Shown: positions 37,780 through 53,211, counted from the stretch's first letter. The stretch: 64,000 nt of DNA from Eledone cirrhosa (GCA_964016885.1 OZ024741.1:30442001-30506000), one strand, 5' to 3'. A program made the numbers and translations. Notes: a model not told the origin generated them from the sequence alone.

Positions 37780-39446
37780 TAATGAATTAGAAGCCCTTAA
37801 AGTCGAAGTACAAAGTATGAATGATAATACTGTAGTTAGTCGATAGTAGGAATGAGAGTTCACAATGAAAATGAATCAATTGAGGAAGAAGTAACCTAAA
37901 TTTGCACCTAATGTTGAAGAATCCACAAAATCTTTCTTAAATCAATTTAGAATTGCAAAAGAGCATACACAATTTGAGATGGTTAAATGAATTTGACATA
38001 AGTTATCTAATGAACTAAAACAATTTCAAAGGAGGAGATTAAAGAACACGTTAGAAATATGCCCGACTGGAAGTTTAATGGACCCAATAACATCCAAGGA
38101 TTCTGGTTGAAAATATTATAAGTGGCCATTCTAGGCCAGGGAAGCATCTAATGATTGTGCAGTACAAAATGTTGGATGGTTGAATGAAATATAACTTTGG
38201 TAATGAAAGATAAAAGAAAAGTTTGTTAGTTAGAAATTACAGGGTGGTTGCTTGAGTTTGTTTTGGAAGGTGTTGACTGGCATTTTGTGTATGAACTCTC
38301 GCTTTAGAATGAGATGCTACATGTTGAGCAGAAGGGTGTAGGAAAAAATCCCTGGGAATCGAAGACCATCTTTCTGTCGCCAAAGCGATCAAGAATAACA
38401 GCAAAGACGTCAAAAGGGTTTATGCACGACTTGGATAGAATTAAGAAAGGCTTTGACATAGTCTTACATTCGTGGGTACTGTAGTGTTTAAAAACATTTG
38501 GGGTAGCAAACAGCTTTATTAATGCAACGGAGTCTAGTATGTCTTTGCAGAAGCCAAACCTGTATGTAGGAAATAAACAGCTAGGTGTGGTCAATATAAT
38601 AAGAGGAATGTTTCAAGGAGATTCCTTCTCATCATTACTCTTTGTGATTGCCATGATTCTATTATCAATGGTCTCAGGTCAAAAATATATTAGCTATCAG
38701 ATGGAAAACAGAGGAACTAAGATCAATCATCTTCTTTTCGTGGACGATATGAAGCTCTTTGGCAGAAATGAATATCAGGCTGGCTCACTGGTCAAAACTG
38801 TCTACTGGTGTTGCGGCGACATTGGGATGGAGTTTGATGTGGACAAGTGTGCCACCCTAAAGAGTGATAAACATGTAGAAGTGGTGGAAAGTCGATTGGT
38901 GACCGTAAGAACAGTGGGTGCAAATATTTGGGCATTCTAGCGCTTGACTAAGTTCTAAATGAGAAGATGAAAGGAAATGTGAAGTTAAACTCTCTAAAAA
39001 GTTTAGAGCTGCTACTGAAAGCGAAACTGAATTGGAAGAACTTAATTACCGCTATCAGTGTCTGGGCTGTCTGCTATTATATATAATACGGGTACTTTGA
39101 AGAAGAAATAGAGAAGTTGAATAGGATAACGCAAACGAAAATTGTTGACAATGGTGCATTGCACCTAAAGTCAAATATCGTCAGGCTGCGGAACGTAGGA
39201 GGTCGTGGATCTTGAGTGTGTATAATCTGTGACTAACGAATGTAAATCCTTAGATTCGTATTTGGCCAGTAGTAAAGAAGAACTTTAAAGTTAGTTGCCC
39301 AAATCTTAGGCATTTGTAGTGAGACCTTCGAAGTAAGGCTACTAGCTAAGAAACTGAGCACCATTACATGGTCAATTTGAAAGAGAATCATCGGAGGTAA
39401 AAGAAGGTTCTTCATGGAATTGGTTGACAAAAGGTGATCTTAAGAG

Positions 39447-39478
<32 letters not shown>

Positions 39479-40160
39479 GGAGAGAGGGGGGGAGAGAGCG
39501 AGAGAGAAATATGTTTATCAATAGCTACTCAAGATCAAAGAGTAAACACAAGTCAATAATAAATATGTATAACCCAGATGAAACAAATAAGTGTAGGTTA
39601 AGTGTGAAGAATGTGGAAAGTATGACACATATCGTGGTTATCTGTGACACACGCAGGGGGAATATAAAAGGTATCTCGATAAAGTATGCCTTCCCCTTCA
39701 TTAGTCGTTATACAAGACATGGATTTGCAATGCAACCACCGAGGAATTAATTCAACACAAACCAGAGAAAGTCCTAGAAAACCAGGCTGTGAAGCAGTTA
39801 TAAGACTTTACAATCCTGACATATAGTTAATATGGAAAGTACCAGGCGAGATATAACTTTAGTGGAGAAAAGTTCTGAAAGGAGGTGTTTGTTGATCGGT
39901 TTAGCTTGCCCTTGAAACCATTACGTCAATGAAAACGAGAGAATCGTAAAGTATTCAGACTGGAGCATAGAAGAGATGTCGAGAGAATATGGAATATGAA
40001 AGCAAGAGTGGGAGTAGGTGTGATTAGCATTTGTGTCACTGACAAAAGCCTCCAGAAAAACATTGATAGAATTGAAATCAATCCCCGGGCTACGACATTG
40101 CAGGAAACACCACTTTGGAATAGCAAGGATCGTGCGGAAAGAACTGTCTATCAGACGTTA
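37780..40160 (+). mobile_element. Old, heavily decayed R4/Dong-type element
   Basis: RGMFQGDSFSSLLF and INHLLFVDDMKLFG (38539-38940); the flanks are collinear with the element at 161-3784. Confidence 0.8.
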
Positions 40161-40840
40161 CATATCTTGATAAGGAGTTAATTAACTGATCACTGTGTAA
40201 ATAAAGGAGGATAACATTTAAAAAACCTTTCAAAATATTCTTTGGCAAAAACTGAACACATTTCTAATATGATTATATACAGATTTTATCTTCAACGAAT
40301 TCCAATCGGCGGTATTCATGCTAAGCAACTCCCTGATGACCTAGTCACTTCATTGCGGATAATTATTCAATTCTGATTCTCATTCGACGCATATTATCTT
40401 CACTAGTGCCATTATGTCTTTACAGAGATACATACATATGTTACGGCAATGCGGACCCCATTTACGTACAATTATAGGGATATTTGGTTATTAGTACGAT
40501 TCCCTCATCGAAAACTAAGTATAAACTTATAGTTCATTTCTTTAAAATTACTGGGACATTTCTTTATTAGCAGAATTCCATAATCGAAAACTAAATGTGA
40601 GCCTATAGATGAACTGTGCTCCCGTGATTGCTTTTTAATGTTTCACAAAATTGCTGTTATAAAGAGTGTATGGCTGTTTGATTTGATGAAAAAAGACTTG
40701 GGGAAATACTGACCGCGTGAGTGGCACTAATTAGTGTCTAGCTATATGAATAAAGAATTAGAAAATATGGTTGGCTGACAACTTGAATGGCTGTCCGTTT
40801 AACTTTGATTTCTCTTACTCTCTCGTTCTCCCCTTTCTCA

Positions 40841-40882
<42 letters not shown>

Positions 40883-41496
40883 ACACACACACACATATAT
40901 ATATATTTATATATATAAATATATATATATTTGTTTGTTTATATATACAAATATATGAGTGTTTTTTCGCGTGTGGGTGATCATGTGAGAGGGTGTGTGA
41001 TTGTGGGTGCGTGTATTTGGATAGACGGCTATATAGGAATATAGGTGTGTGTAATTGAAGAAGATATTGATGGACAAATAATTTTAGATTTATAAACTAA
41101 ATAGAAATGATTAAAGGGTATATATCGATTTCTATTGGACGCACAGTAATTTCAAAATTTCATCTTCTTTTAAGATATTTTTCCAATTAAAACCAACCCA
41201 ATAGTTGAGACGGGATATTTTACGAAGAATATTAATTAGAGAATCAAAAATCAGACAGCAGTAGAAAGCAATATAAGACTAAATAGTCTAAATAGTTAAT
41301 AAAAGTGAAAGAATTGCTGGGCAATTTTAGATTTAATTTAACGTCTAGCATCAATATTATTATGTGAATCTTAAGTTCACTGCCTTAGATATTATTGAGA
41401 AACAACACCTGATTTATTCACAGGTGCGGCAATATTTCAAGAAATGGTAGTTAACCCTGGTATTAACGACAGCCATATATATATATATATATATAA

Positions 41497-41597
41497 ATTA
41501 ATAAAAACAAAGAACAAGTTCCTTATATTAAAAAATTCATCATTTTAAAAGGATGAATTTTTAAATATAAGGAACTTGTTCTTTGTTTTTATTCATT
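41497..41597. repeat. Small fold-back next to (TA)n
   Basis: aaaaacaaagaacaagttccttatatt / aatataaggaacttgttctttgttttt. Confidence 0.85.
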
Positions 41598-41745
41598 GTT
41601 TTTATTAATTTATATTAACTCTGTTTTCCTATGTTTTTCATCGAAAATTTTCGAATGCATCTTCTCTTTTCATGATATTTGGATTACATTGAGTTCTTCA
41701 TACGGATTGGACACTACCGTATATTTTGGTAGATTTATCTACACA

Positions 41746-41853
<108 letters not shown>

Positions 41854-42202
41854 CAAGGTTTACTAAATAAGAAAAGGTTTTAAAATAAATTAAAAAAAGT
41901 TCACTGTACCTGCTGTAATTGCCCTTACTGTACGGTTTCAAGTCTCAAAATAAATGGATAATCCATGCGGAAATCCATTGAAAAGGAAGACTTTCGTCAC
42001 AGGGTCCTTTTCGCTCGGAGAATATAAAATTCCTGAGTTCAAATCACGAACTGGCGCCATTCGAAATTGTTCCCGAGATGAAAGTGTATGATGAAGAAGC
42101 AATTCTGTCTAGTGCCGTGTGTAAAGATAGAAGACAGAGGCGGAAAGGTCAATGTACAGCTACTATAAATAGCAGTAGTTAAAACGCCCAAAATGTTATA
42201 CA

Positions 42203-42285
42203 TATATAGTGTAGTTGAATTTCGAAATAAATTTCGACCTCGGTAGATTTGGAAAATATACTGGTGACGTAATAACATAGTATGG

Positions 42286-42318
<33 letters not shown>

Positions 42319-42450
42319 GAGAAGAAACAGAAGAAAGAAGAATACTGCGTGGTTGCACATAGGTTACATATGATAAATATATAGTGTAGTTGAATTTCAA
42401 AATAAAATTCCACCTCGGTGAATTTTGAAAATATACTGGTGACGTATTGA
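42203..42450. repeat. ~70-bp direct repeat, two copies
   Basis: tatagtgtagttgaatttc...atactggtgacgta at ~42205 and ~42381. Confidence 0.8.
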
Positions 42451-42482
42451 TATAGTATGTATATATATATGTATATATATAT

Positions 42483-42595
<113 letters not shown>

Positions 42596-43330
42596 TAGAA
42601 AGATTTGAATGGATACAGTTTAGTTGAAAGGAATTTATTGACACGTGTTTCTATAACAGTTACATGACCTAAATCAGCTGCTATCTACAAACTTTTAGTT
42701 ATGCAGACATTCAATATTTCAATGTTATTATTTACTGTCATTTCATCAGAATAATATTACTGAGGACCTATTTAGTTTTTATAGAGAATATTAGGAGGGA
42801 GGGGTGAAGTTGTTAGAAGAATAGTGGAAGGAGTGGTTTTTCGATAGCAGTGAGAATTCTTGGTGGCAGTGAGTAATTAGATTCCCATCTGTTGTTTTGA
42901 CATTTTTTATAGAATATATTATTGGTTATTTTTCTAAATCTATAGAAGGATTAGAGATAGTAAAGATATGCGTGGTTGGTTTTGTGTTTGCACTTAATTA
43001 ACATTCAGACTTAAATTTTTCCTTCAAGTGTACGTATCCTTTCACCCACGCATTCACACACAAATATATTTGCACACCTCTACAAAATACATATACTCAC
43101 AATTCACATATTCATACTTACATATATATACACATGCATACACATATATATACACACATGTATTCATGTACATACTTACGCGCTCATGTGTATACATTTT
43201 CATACTCAACTTATCTTTATATACACACGTATAGACACACACATATATACATACTTACTCTAGTCCATGTGTACACACATACACATACATACACATCCAT
43301 ATACACATATATACATACATTTACATATAT

Positions 43331-43421
<91 letters not shown>

Positions 43422-43963
43422 CATACACATATATATATACATATATATATACATATATATAAGCACTTTAATACATGAATACACTTACATCTAACTATAC
43501 ACATCAAACATATATATATATTTACTTATTTATATACATTTTCACATATATATATACATACTTATGGACGTTTTTAGACACATTCATTATCGCATATTTG
43601 CACCTATTCTCATCAGCATATCTTTCCATTATTAGTGTGGTAATTTAAGGTTATTAATATATGTTGAGAAGAGATTGTTTTTATATTTTTCTAACTAGAT
43701 TAAGGTTTATATAGTTGGGGGATGTCCCTCTTTTATGTAATATTCGGCTTGTAGTGGGAAAAAAGGGTTTTAGTTCTGTAACGGCAGAATAATGTTCGTT
43801 CAATTCTGTTATTCAGCAGTTTCTTCTTGTGTGTGATTATGTAATAAATCTCAAGATTACACAATTTGCAGAAATGTTGGCTCCTGGAAAAGCTTTGGGT
43901 TTTAGCTAATTTCTCCCATTTTAGGGTAAACTTTTGATCGCTATCCCTGATCGCTATATATAT

Positions 43964-44858
43964 ATAGGAAAAAGTACGACCCCGGCGGCAGAGCTCAAGC
44001 CGTTTCGACGGCTATTTCTGAACTAATTTAGAATTTTTAGCCTGGTGAATAATTAGCCAAACTTGTCAAGGGGGTACTTCCTTATATGGGAAGATTGTAG
44101 TTGTCAAGAGGATTGGTTAAAATGTATTGTAAACATAAATAAGTCTATCATGGTATTTGGTGGGAGGTAGGGGTGGCTGAACTTGCCTGTAGAACAATAG
44201 GGATTGAGTGGAGCGGTCAGGCGTTGAAAGTGATATGTATACACCAGATTCTAAGGATAGTGTATGAAGTGAAGGAATGAGGTCATAGAATAGGTAAATC
44301 GAATGAGAGTAGGAGATAATAAAAGATACTAGAAAGAAAGAAAATATATATAAAATTAGATAGTGAGAAATGAATTTAAAAAATCACAATGCTATCTTAC
44401 AATTACAGGTTAATAAGTTGAGAATAGAAAAAAACTTGTAGAAATTACAAAACTGATAAAAAATTAAAGGGGTTTAACACATCTGCTATAAGTAGTTAGT
44501 AAAACGTATTAGGCCAATTCTATCTTAAAATACAGGGGTGGGGGTACTGATGCTACAGAGGCCCGATGGGCTGCATCGGGGCAGGCGAAAGGAGAAAAGC
44601 AGACATATTTGCGTTTACAATAAATTTTAACCAATCCTCTTGACAACTACAATCTTCCCATAAAAGGAAGTACCCCATTGACAAGTTCGGCTATTTATTC
44701 ACCAGGCTAAAAATTCTAATTTAGTCCAGAAATATCCGTCGAAACGGCTTGAGTTCTGCCGTCGGTGTCATACTTTTTCCTATTTCCCACTCTACTACAC
44801 TGAGTTTGATTACTCTGGTGCGTTACGATCCATCTGGTTCCTTACCTCAATTCCTTTG

Positions 44859-44861
<3 letters not shown>
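43964..44861 (-). mobile_element. Non-coding Penelope 3' fragment with an inverted pLTR; U3-A8 hammerheads at 43979-44075 (-) and 44672-44768 (+)
   Basis: Homologous to 56000-56888; core TTGACAA; short arm on the left, long arm on the right. Confidence 0.8.
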
Positions 44862-44912
<51 letters not shown>

Positions 44913-45053
44913 AAAAAAGATGAAATCGAAAATGCAACTGGAGTCTTATTTAAAAAAATATATATATATTTATTTGGTTCCTTTACCGGTTTTGCAGTTC
45001 TTCTGCTTTTTAAAAGAACAGTTGAGATGGAGGATCTGCGGTTTTTCTCACAT

Positions 45054-45127
<74 letters not shown>

Positions 45128-45130
45128 TAT

Positions 45131-45198
<68 letters not shown>

Positions 45199-45853
45199 CA
45201 CCTATGACAATATGAGCATGTAACAGAGATATATATCGTGTAATAAAGTAATTATGGGGTGGAGTATCCCCGTCTTAACTGTTTTTAATTTGATAAACGA
45301 ATATAGTCCGTCACTCCTAACCACCTAAATTTTAGTTGAGATAAACCACTGACGTGAAATGCTTTGGGCTCTCTCGAACCGGCTTATACTCACGAATATA
45401 TATATATATATAATAAATATATGTATTTATCATATATAATAAATACAATCTGAGTATTAGTAATAATATTCGATTCGTTTGCTATTATGCAAACAGCCTC
45501 TTTTTTAAAGCCATGTCAGTAGAATGAGCCCCTTTATTCTTGCTCTTGTGTTGGCATGTAAACAGAACTGCAGACACTAATGCTTCTGGGTATTACCATT
45601 CATCAGTATAGTTCACTGCCAACTGTCAGAACTAGTGAAAATATGTAATATTTTCTAAAATATGCAGTGAATGATCAGCCTGTTTTGTATATTAGCAGAC
45701 TGGCTGATCAGTCAGATCTGCATATTAGCAGATCCAAAGATCAGCCAAATTTGCATATTAGCAGACAAACCAGTCATTTTCCTGTATACGTGCCATTAAT
45801 AGCCGGCTTTGCCATATACAAATAAAAAACAATAAAAAAAATAAAAGAATTCA

Positions 45854-45893
<40 letters not shown>

Positions 45894-45948
45894 TTTTTGA
45901 AGTTCTTTTAATATATATATATATATATACATGCATCTACATACACAC

Positions 45949-47471
45949 ATGGTAGACTTAGTAAAACGATTCTTGATAGAATTATACCGGAAATTAGAAG
46001 TTTGGCCCCTCTTGCACTGTGGAACAATTCTTTCGCGGTGATTGATTGGTTCAACGGCATATGTAACATGGAACATTGCCGTTTTATCCAATTCGACATC
46101 AATAATTACTACTCCTCCATCACTTTACCACTTCTCCTTAGAGCTATCAATTTCGCTAAAACACTCACAGTGGTTAAGGATTTCGAAATTGATGTCATCC
46201 TCAATGCCCGAAAGTCAGTGATTAATTTCGACGACTCTATTTGGATAAAAAAATCCAATAGTACCCCATTCGACGTGAGTATGGACGCCAGTGATTCTGC
46301 GGAAGTTACTGATCTTATCGGCCTTTTCCTTCTTTTCTGTATCAAGGACGAATTCCCCAACGCGGGCGGTGGTTTGTACCGTGATGATGGTCTTTTGACC
46401 ATGACTAAGTGCGGACCTCGTGCTTGCGACAGGTTCAGAAAAGAACTCACAGCCTTCTTTAAAGGCTTCAACCTCTCTATACAGGTTTAGCCCAATCTCT
46501 CGGTCGTTAATTACCTCGACGTTACCCTCAATTTATTGAATGGGTTGTATTACCCGTATAGTAAGCTGAATGATACGCTTATTTACATAAGTAACCATTC
46601 CAACTATCCTGCCAGCATAACCAAGAACCTGGTAAGAAACGTTTCGTTGAAGCTTTCCCGTCTTTCCACCAACGAGCGTATTTTCATTGACCATTCCACT
46701 TATTACAATGAAGCTCTTGCTCGAAGTGGATTTGTCGATAAGGTAGCATATACAGAGTACGAAAATAGACCTAGAAGAAATAGATCCCGTCGCATTTGTC
46801 GGTATAACCCACCATATAATATGGAGGTGGCCACACCTTTAGCTAAGATCTTTCTTTCCCTTATTACGAAGCATTTTCCCCCTACATATAAATATAGTAA
46901 CATTTTTAATAGAAATACTATTAAATTTTCTTACTCTACGACTCCTAAGGTTGCACTTAACATCACAGCTTCAAATTTAGCTAAACTACCTAGCCGTAGG
47001 AACACGTGCAACCCTGTAGTTAGTACTAACTGTAATTGTAGGATTCGGGTTGATTGCCCCCTATCCGGGAAATGCCTCTCTAGTAACATTGTCTACAAAT
47101 GTAAGGTTGTAACACTCATGTCCCGTAGGGCCTACATAGGGTTAACCGCCAATAGATTCAAGCAGCGTCTTTACATGCATATCCATTCTTTTCGTTACCC
47201 TCTAAGAAGGAATATGACGTCACTTTCAGCTTATATCTGGAGTCTAAAAAACAACCACACCCAATATAAGTTATACTGGGAGATCCTAGCTAGGGCTAGA
47301 TCGTATAACGGAAATAAAAGACCATATGACCTCTGTGCCGCTGAGGCCATGGACATTCTCTACGCCACAGACCACATCTTAAACAAAGAATCTGAGACAA
47401 TTTCGGCTTGTAAACATAAATTGCACAAAACTTTCCTGTATTACAGCCCCACGTTATATCCTAACGGATAG
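45949..47471 (+). pseudogene. Penelope RT + GIY-YIG ORF, truncated, with a stop at 46488-46490
   Basis: ORFs 46002-46490 and 46536-47471 are in the same frame. Confidence 0.88.
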
Positions 47472-47651
47472 TACGATTTATACGTGGATATTTTACGTCT
47501 TGATGTGGGAGCTAAGTATATGTTTTGTTTATACCATTACTTATTTGCATAGCGAACGTTTCCACGAACCAAAGTATCGTATTCCTATCTTCCTCCGGTT
47601 GCAACGTTTTTTGAAATATCCACTTCTGCGTTTACAGATGGACTTTGTTAA

Positions 47652-47698
47652 TTTCAGAAGATCCCGTTAAGGGTGAAAGCAGCGATTCTTTGCTTAAA
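47652..47698 (+). ncRNA. Degenerate hammerhead downstream of the Penelope ORF
   Basis: ttt-CAGAAGA-tccc/gttaa/gggt-GAAA-gca...tgc-TT-aaa; U4 is changed to A. Confidence 0.4.
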
Positions 47699-47807
47699 CT
47701 TTAATCTGTTATTTTAATAAATATTTGCTCTACGGTTCTTATATATTTGATATGTATTTATCCTTATCGAGCCCTCTTTGGATTTTAGTCTTCAAATTTA
47801 TTATTAT

Positions 47808-47867
<60 letters not shown>

Positions 47868-47982
47868 CAAATTTTAAGTTATCAATAATGTAGTGATAAT
47901 ATATCGTTACGTTAGAGATGAACAGCGTACGTGTAGGTTTGCTCAACGAGTATAAATTATATTCTGGAGAAAATGTAGAAAA

Positions 47983-49182
47983 GATGAATATAAAATGAAA
48001 GTGCTTCTATAAAGGAATTTATTAGGTATTGACATATGTTTCTGTAACAGACGGAATATCCCGTCCTGCCTAAGCAACCTCATCAACCCATCCATGGTAA
48101 TACAACAACACATAATTATAACTGTAACTGTGTCCAACCAGGAATGTGTCCGTTGAACAATCAGTGTCTTGAACGCAACATCATATACAAATGTACTATC
48201 GAATCGGGTAGCCAGAAGTGGTACTATGTGGGGTTTACAGCTACCTCCTTCAAATCTCGCCTCTATAGACATCGTTACTCGATAAAACATGAAAACCAGC
48301 GTTATGTAACAACACTCGCAGACAAGGCTTGGCAGCTGCGCGAAAATAACCAACAATTTAACCTAAAATGGGATATAATAGCACTGCCCCTGCATATTCC
48401 CAAGAAGATGAATTTTGTAAATTGTGTATATGGAAATATTTTGTATTATGAAATCCACAAATATTTTATTAAATAACAGAATAGAGCGATCGTTATACTG
48501 TAACCATCGCTTGAAATCTACATTTTCATATTACAAACACTACCAGGATTGAACACCTGTCTCCATCTCCGTTTGATTGTCAAAATACATATTAACATTC
48601 TCTATTAGTTTTAATTCTATCAACTCTTTACCATTTAATATAAACTGCTATAGATAAAATGAGATTTCTTAATTCAATTCCCTAATGCATATACCAGCAG
48701 GCTACCAACATTGTTGTTATACAGTAGCAGTGAAAATCTCTCTCTTCCTTACTTGACACTTTATATCTGTATTAATACTACTACACCAAACGACCAGCCC
48801 TGTCCATTGTTCAACTGGTCAAATATAGATTAAAATAGGCACTCCCAAAAATTCTTATTTAGATAAAATAAGCCATATACTTATTGTATTCTCATTAAAA
48901 ACTTCTATATATTTGTTAACCAGCAAATTGAATTGCCATCTGTCATATATTATCCCTTCTCTTCTACCTATCTTACAACTAATATAAATACTTTGATTTT
49001 TCTGATTTTTTTCCAATTTATCCAATATCTCTGAAGAAATGACAACTGATTACACATTTGCTATCGAATACTTGCTAACATTATATTATTACGCAAGCAG
49101 CGATACATAGGTATTCCGTCTGTTACAGAAACATATGTCAATATCTAATAAATTCCTTTATAAAAACACTTTCATTTTATAT

Positions 49183-49187
<5 letters not shown>
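47983..49187 (+). mobile_element. Penelope GIY-YIG fragment (third family) bounded by ~75-bp inverted repeats
   Basis: CPLNNQCLERNIIYKC...YYVGFTATSFKSRLYRH (48144-48476); 47983-48058 is inverted at 49112-49187. Confidence 0.82.
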
Positions 49188-49276
<89 letters not shown>

Positions 49277-49280
<4 letters not shown>

Positions 49281-51075
49281 AACCAGTAAGACCCCGACAG
49301 CTGAGCTCATGCCGTTTCGACGGCTAATTCTGGACTAAATGAAAATTTATCCTGGTATTTAAATAGCCGATCTTCTCAAGGGGTAATTCCATATATGGTC
49401 AAAGTGATTGTCAAAAATCAGTAGTAATTCTGTGGTTGCAAATTAGTAGGGGAGATGGTGGCTAAACCTGCCAGTAGGAGAAAGAGGGGAGGGGGTGGAG
49501 TAGACCCAATCAAGCGTTGGTAGTGCCAGCTACAGCTGGGCATGAGGTCAAAGAAGATACAGGGGAGGGGGAGGGGGAGGAAGTCGGAACGGTAGGTAGA
49601 ACAATGGGGGGTAGAAATATATAGGAAAGAAAAAATACTGAGAGTGAAGAAAAGCAAATAAGTGTAAAGAAAAAAGTAAAGTAAATTAAATTCTACGACC
49701 TAGGTCTCAGGCTATTGTTAGGCTAGAATAAAATAAAGAAAGAAAGAAAGAAGTAAAGAAAAAAATAAATAAAGAAATAACGAAATAAGTAAAAGAACTA
49801 GGTGGGACGAATTAGGCAAGGACCCTTTTAAGATGTATAAGTACGTAAATGATACGGTGACGGGTCAACAAAAGGGGCCAAAATACTAAAGAGACTACCA
49901 CGAAATAAACAATAAAGGTTTCCATCCCGGGCCAGCAACGACCCAGTGCAGCAAAGTGAACTTGTACGAGATAATAATTCTGAGTCCCGAGAAAAATATA
50001 TACTAATGCTAACTCTAAAAGATCTAAAACAAGCTACATGAAAGTTCGTACGAAATAAAGGTAGAATACGGAGAAATAAATTCAGAATCCACCCCGCCCA
50101 GAAGAAAAGCGAAGTAAGAAATACTGAAACGAAAAAATAAGGCATAAGTGCCACTAAGAAATATAGAGGGCACAGAGAATAGTGGGAGCGGTCGGGAAAA
50201 GGGGGCAAGTATCCGGGGTCTAAGCCAACTGCTATAAAGGGCGGAGTCCGGCAAATCTATCATAGACTAGGGGAGGGGGTGGTGGGGGTACTAAGGCTAC
50301 ATGGGGCCAAAGGGCAGCCTCGGGTGGGCGATAAAAGACGCCGACAAAGGAGAAGAGCTGGGGTAGAAGGACTAAGGAGAGAGGGGGGAAGGAAATAAAG
50401 GAAGCGATAAAAGAATACAAAGAAGATCTTACGTCTTCCTTGGCAAGCAGGGTCCTTGCCTAATTCGTCCCACCTAGTTCTTTTACTTATTTCGTTATTT
50501 CTTTATTTATTTTTTTCTTTACTTCTTTCTTTCTTTATTTATTTTATTCTAGCCTAACAATAGCCTGAGACCTAGGTCGTAGAATTTAATTTACTTTACT
50601 TTTTTCTTTACACTTATTTGCTTTTCTTCACTCTCAGTATTGTTTCTTTCCTATATATTTCTACCCCCCATTGTTCTACCTACCGTTCCGACTTCCTCCC
50701 CCTCCCCCTCCCCTGTATCTTCTTTGACCTCATGCCCAGCTGTAGCTGGCACTACCAACGCTTGATTGGGTCTACTCCACTCCCTCCCCTCTTTCTCCTA
50801 CTGGCAGGTTTAGCCACCATCTCCCCTACTAATTTGCAACCACAGAATTACTACTGATTTTTGACAATCACTTTGACCATATATGGAATTACCCCTTGAG
50901 AAGATCGGCTATTTAAATACCAGGATAAATTTTCATTTAGTCCAGAATTAGCCGTCGAAACGGCTTGAGCTCAGCTGTCGGGGTCTTACTGGTTCTTATT
51001 ACCCACTCTACTACCTCAAGTATTGAGTACTTTGGTGCGTTATGGTCCACCTGGTTCCTTACCACATTTCCTTCG

Positions 51076-51078
<3 letters not shown>
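49277..51078 (-). mobile_element. Non-coding Penelope 3' region with ~550-bp inverted arms; U3-A8 hammerheads at 49291-49384 (-) and 50891-50984 (+)
   Basis: 49279-49826 is inverted at 50450-50996. The middle is homologous to ~26650-27310. Core TTGAGAA. Confidence 0.88.
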
Positions 51079-51111
<33 letters not shown>

Positions 51112-51618
51112 GAAAATATAGAAATTAATGTCAGCAAGAAGACAACAGTATTTCATAATATACAAGTGACTATAACGTCAAAATGGAAAATAATTAACGC
51201 AAGATGTGGGAAAATAATTCAAACTCAATTCAAAACAAAACAAGAAAAATATATATAAATAAAGATCCGAAGGCATGGTATACATTTACAATCATTTTAA
51301 TCACGATACATGTTTCAATAAGAATAGATTGATCTTGCGGCCATGATCGATTATCACTGATCTCGTCAGGTGAAAATGAATTGTCTTCAAATCCTTGATA
51401 TGAGGGAAAAAATTTAACGATGTTCACTCATTAGAGTTTTGTCCCCATATGAAGATTAGGCAGCCCAAACACGCCGCCTGATATTATCGTCCTCAGTTAG
51501 GGTCATAAATCTATCAAGTCTCTATCTCTATATAGCTGTTAAAGACGCTGGACAGAGAACTTAATATTTCTAACAAAAGTTTATTGAACCGTATGACACA
51601 ACCAATAATACACCTTAC

Positions 51619-51649
<31 letters not shown>

Positions 51650-51679
51650 ATATATATTAATATATATATATATATATAT

Positions 51680-52586
51680 ATCCAAAATTAAGATAAACAA
51701 AATTATGGCTATCATGCCAGAAAGACATGCGCCATATCACCCGCAAAATAAGCTCTAAGATTCTAACGAATAGGTCCGAGCATTTTATAATAACTAGAAA
51801 TTGATTAACATATAAATAAACATGAATAATCACAGGAGATAATTTTTACAAGTGTGTAAGCACACATAGCTAGGTAGGTAACTAAATAAAGTTAACCAGA
51901 ACTTCAAAAATAGATACCTTATAATATGATTAATCTTCCCTGTATATATTCCATTAAAGAAATATATTTCACCAATTAATCGAATGGTAAACCACGGAGG
52001 CCGGTACTTGGATTTTCAATCTCCTATGATTATTCATGTTTATTTATATGTTAATCAATTTCTAGTTATTATAAAATGCTCGGATGTCTTTCTGGCATGT
52101 CTTTCTGGCATGACACCCATAATTTTGATTATCTTAATTTTAGATATAGATATATAAATACGGCTCCTTAATTGTAGAGCTAACTCTGTTGAAAAGATTT
52201 GACTGCTGTTTCTAGTTGTCGATAACCCTATTCACGCCACTGTGACGAAGCTGGTATGATGTGTGTATTTCTAGTAGATACAGCACGTGTTGCTGACCAG
52301 TCGCTGATTTGAACTTGAAGTGTAAACATAGATCGCTGGATTTCTTCCTTGTTGAAAATCCAAGTACCGGCCTACATGGCTTACCATTCGATTAATTGGT
52401 GAAATATATTTCTTTAATGGAATATATACAGGGATGATTAATCATATTATAGGTATCTATTTTTGAAATTCTGGTTAACTTTATTTAGTTACCTACCTAG
52501 CTATGTGTGCTTACACACTTGTAAAAATTATCTCCTGTGATTATTCATGTTTATTTATATGTTAATCAAGTTCTAGTTATTATAAA
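51680..52586. repeat. Compound fold-back insertion
   Basis: 51786-52020 is inverted at 52352-52586; 51680-51835 is partly inverted at 52020-52145. Confidence 0.8.
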
Positions 52587-52707
52587 TATATATATATCTA
52601 TATATATAATATATATATAATATAATATATATCTATATCTATATATATATATAATATAATATATATATATATATATATTATATATCTATATATATATATA
52701 TAATATA

Positions 52708-52741
<34 letters not shown>

Positions 52742-52769
52742 AATATATATATATATATCTATACATTAA

Positions 52770-53079
52770 TCAGTATACACTGAGGATGAAAAAATCAGAG
52801 CTGTATGGGAGCATCCCAAAAGTCAGCTCAAAAGTGACACAGAGGAGATTGAGGTTGGCTGGACATGCTCACCGACATCCAGAGTTGACATTGCACTCAG
52901 TGCTCCTTTGGGAGCCCCTACATGGACACACTAGAAGAGGAAGACCAAGGTTAACATATGTTGATGCCCTAAGGACAGACACTGGTCTGTTGGAGATGCA
53001 GGATATGGCAGCGATAATGAGGGACAGAGACCGCTGGAGAGAACTCGTCCATGGATCTCGGGAATTTTACCCGCCTTAG
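52770..53079 (+). mobile_element. RTE-clade LINE 3' fragment
   Basis: RRLRLAGHAHRH...LLWEP..G.TRRGRPRLTYVD is an RTE-type C-terminus. Confidence 0.7.
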
Positions 53080-53094
53080 ATAGATAGATATATA

Positions 53095-53149
<55 letters not shown>

Positions 53150-53211
53150 TATATATATACATACACACACACACCCACACACACATATATATATTAAAAG
53201 TATATATTGAG

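Larger units (their letters stand above)
45945..47810 (+). mobile_element. 5'-truncated Penelope-like element (second family)
   Basis: FIQFDINNYYSSI, MDASDSAEV, GGLYRDDGL, YNPPY, CNC..CPLSGKC, AYIGLTANRFKQRLYMH. A hammerhead-like motif follows the ORF. Confidence 0.9.
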
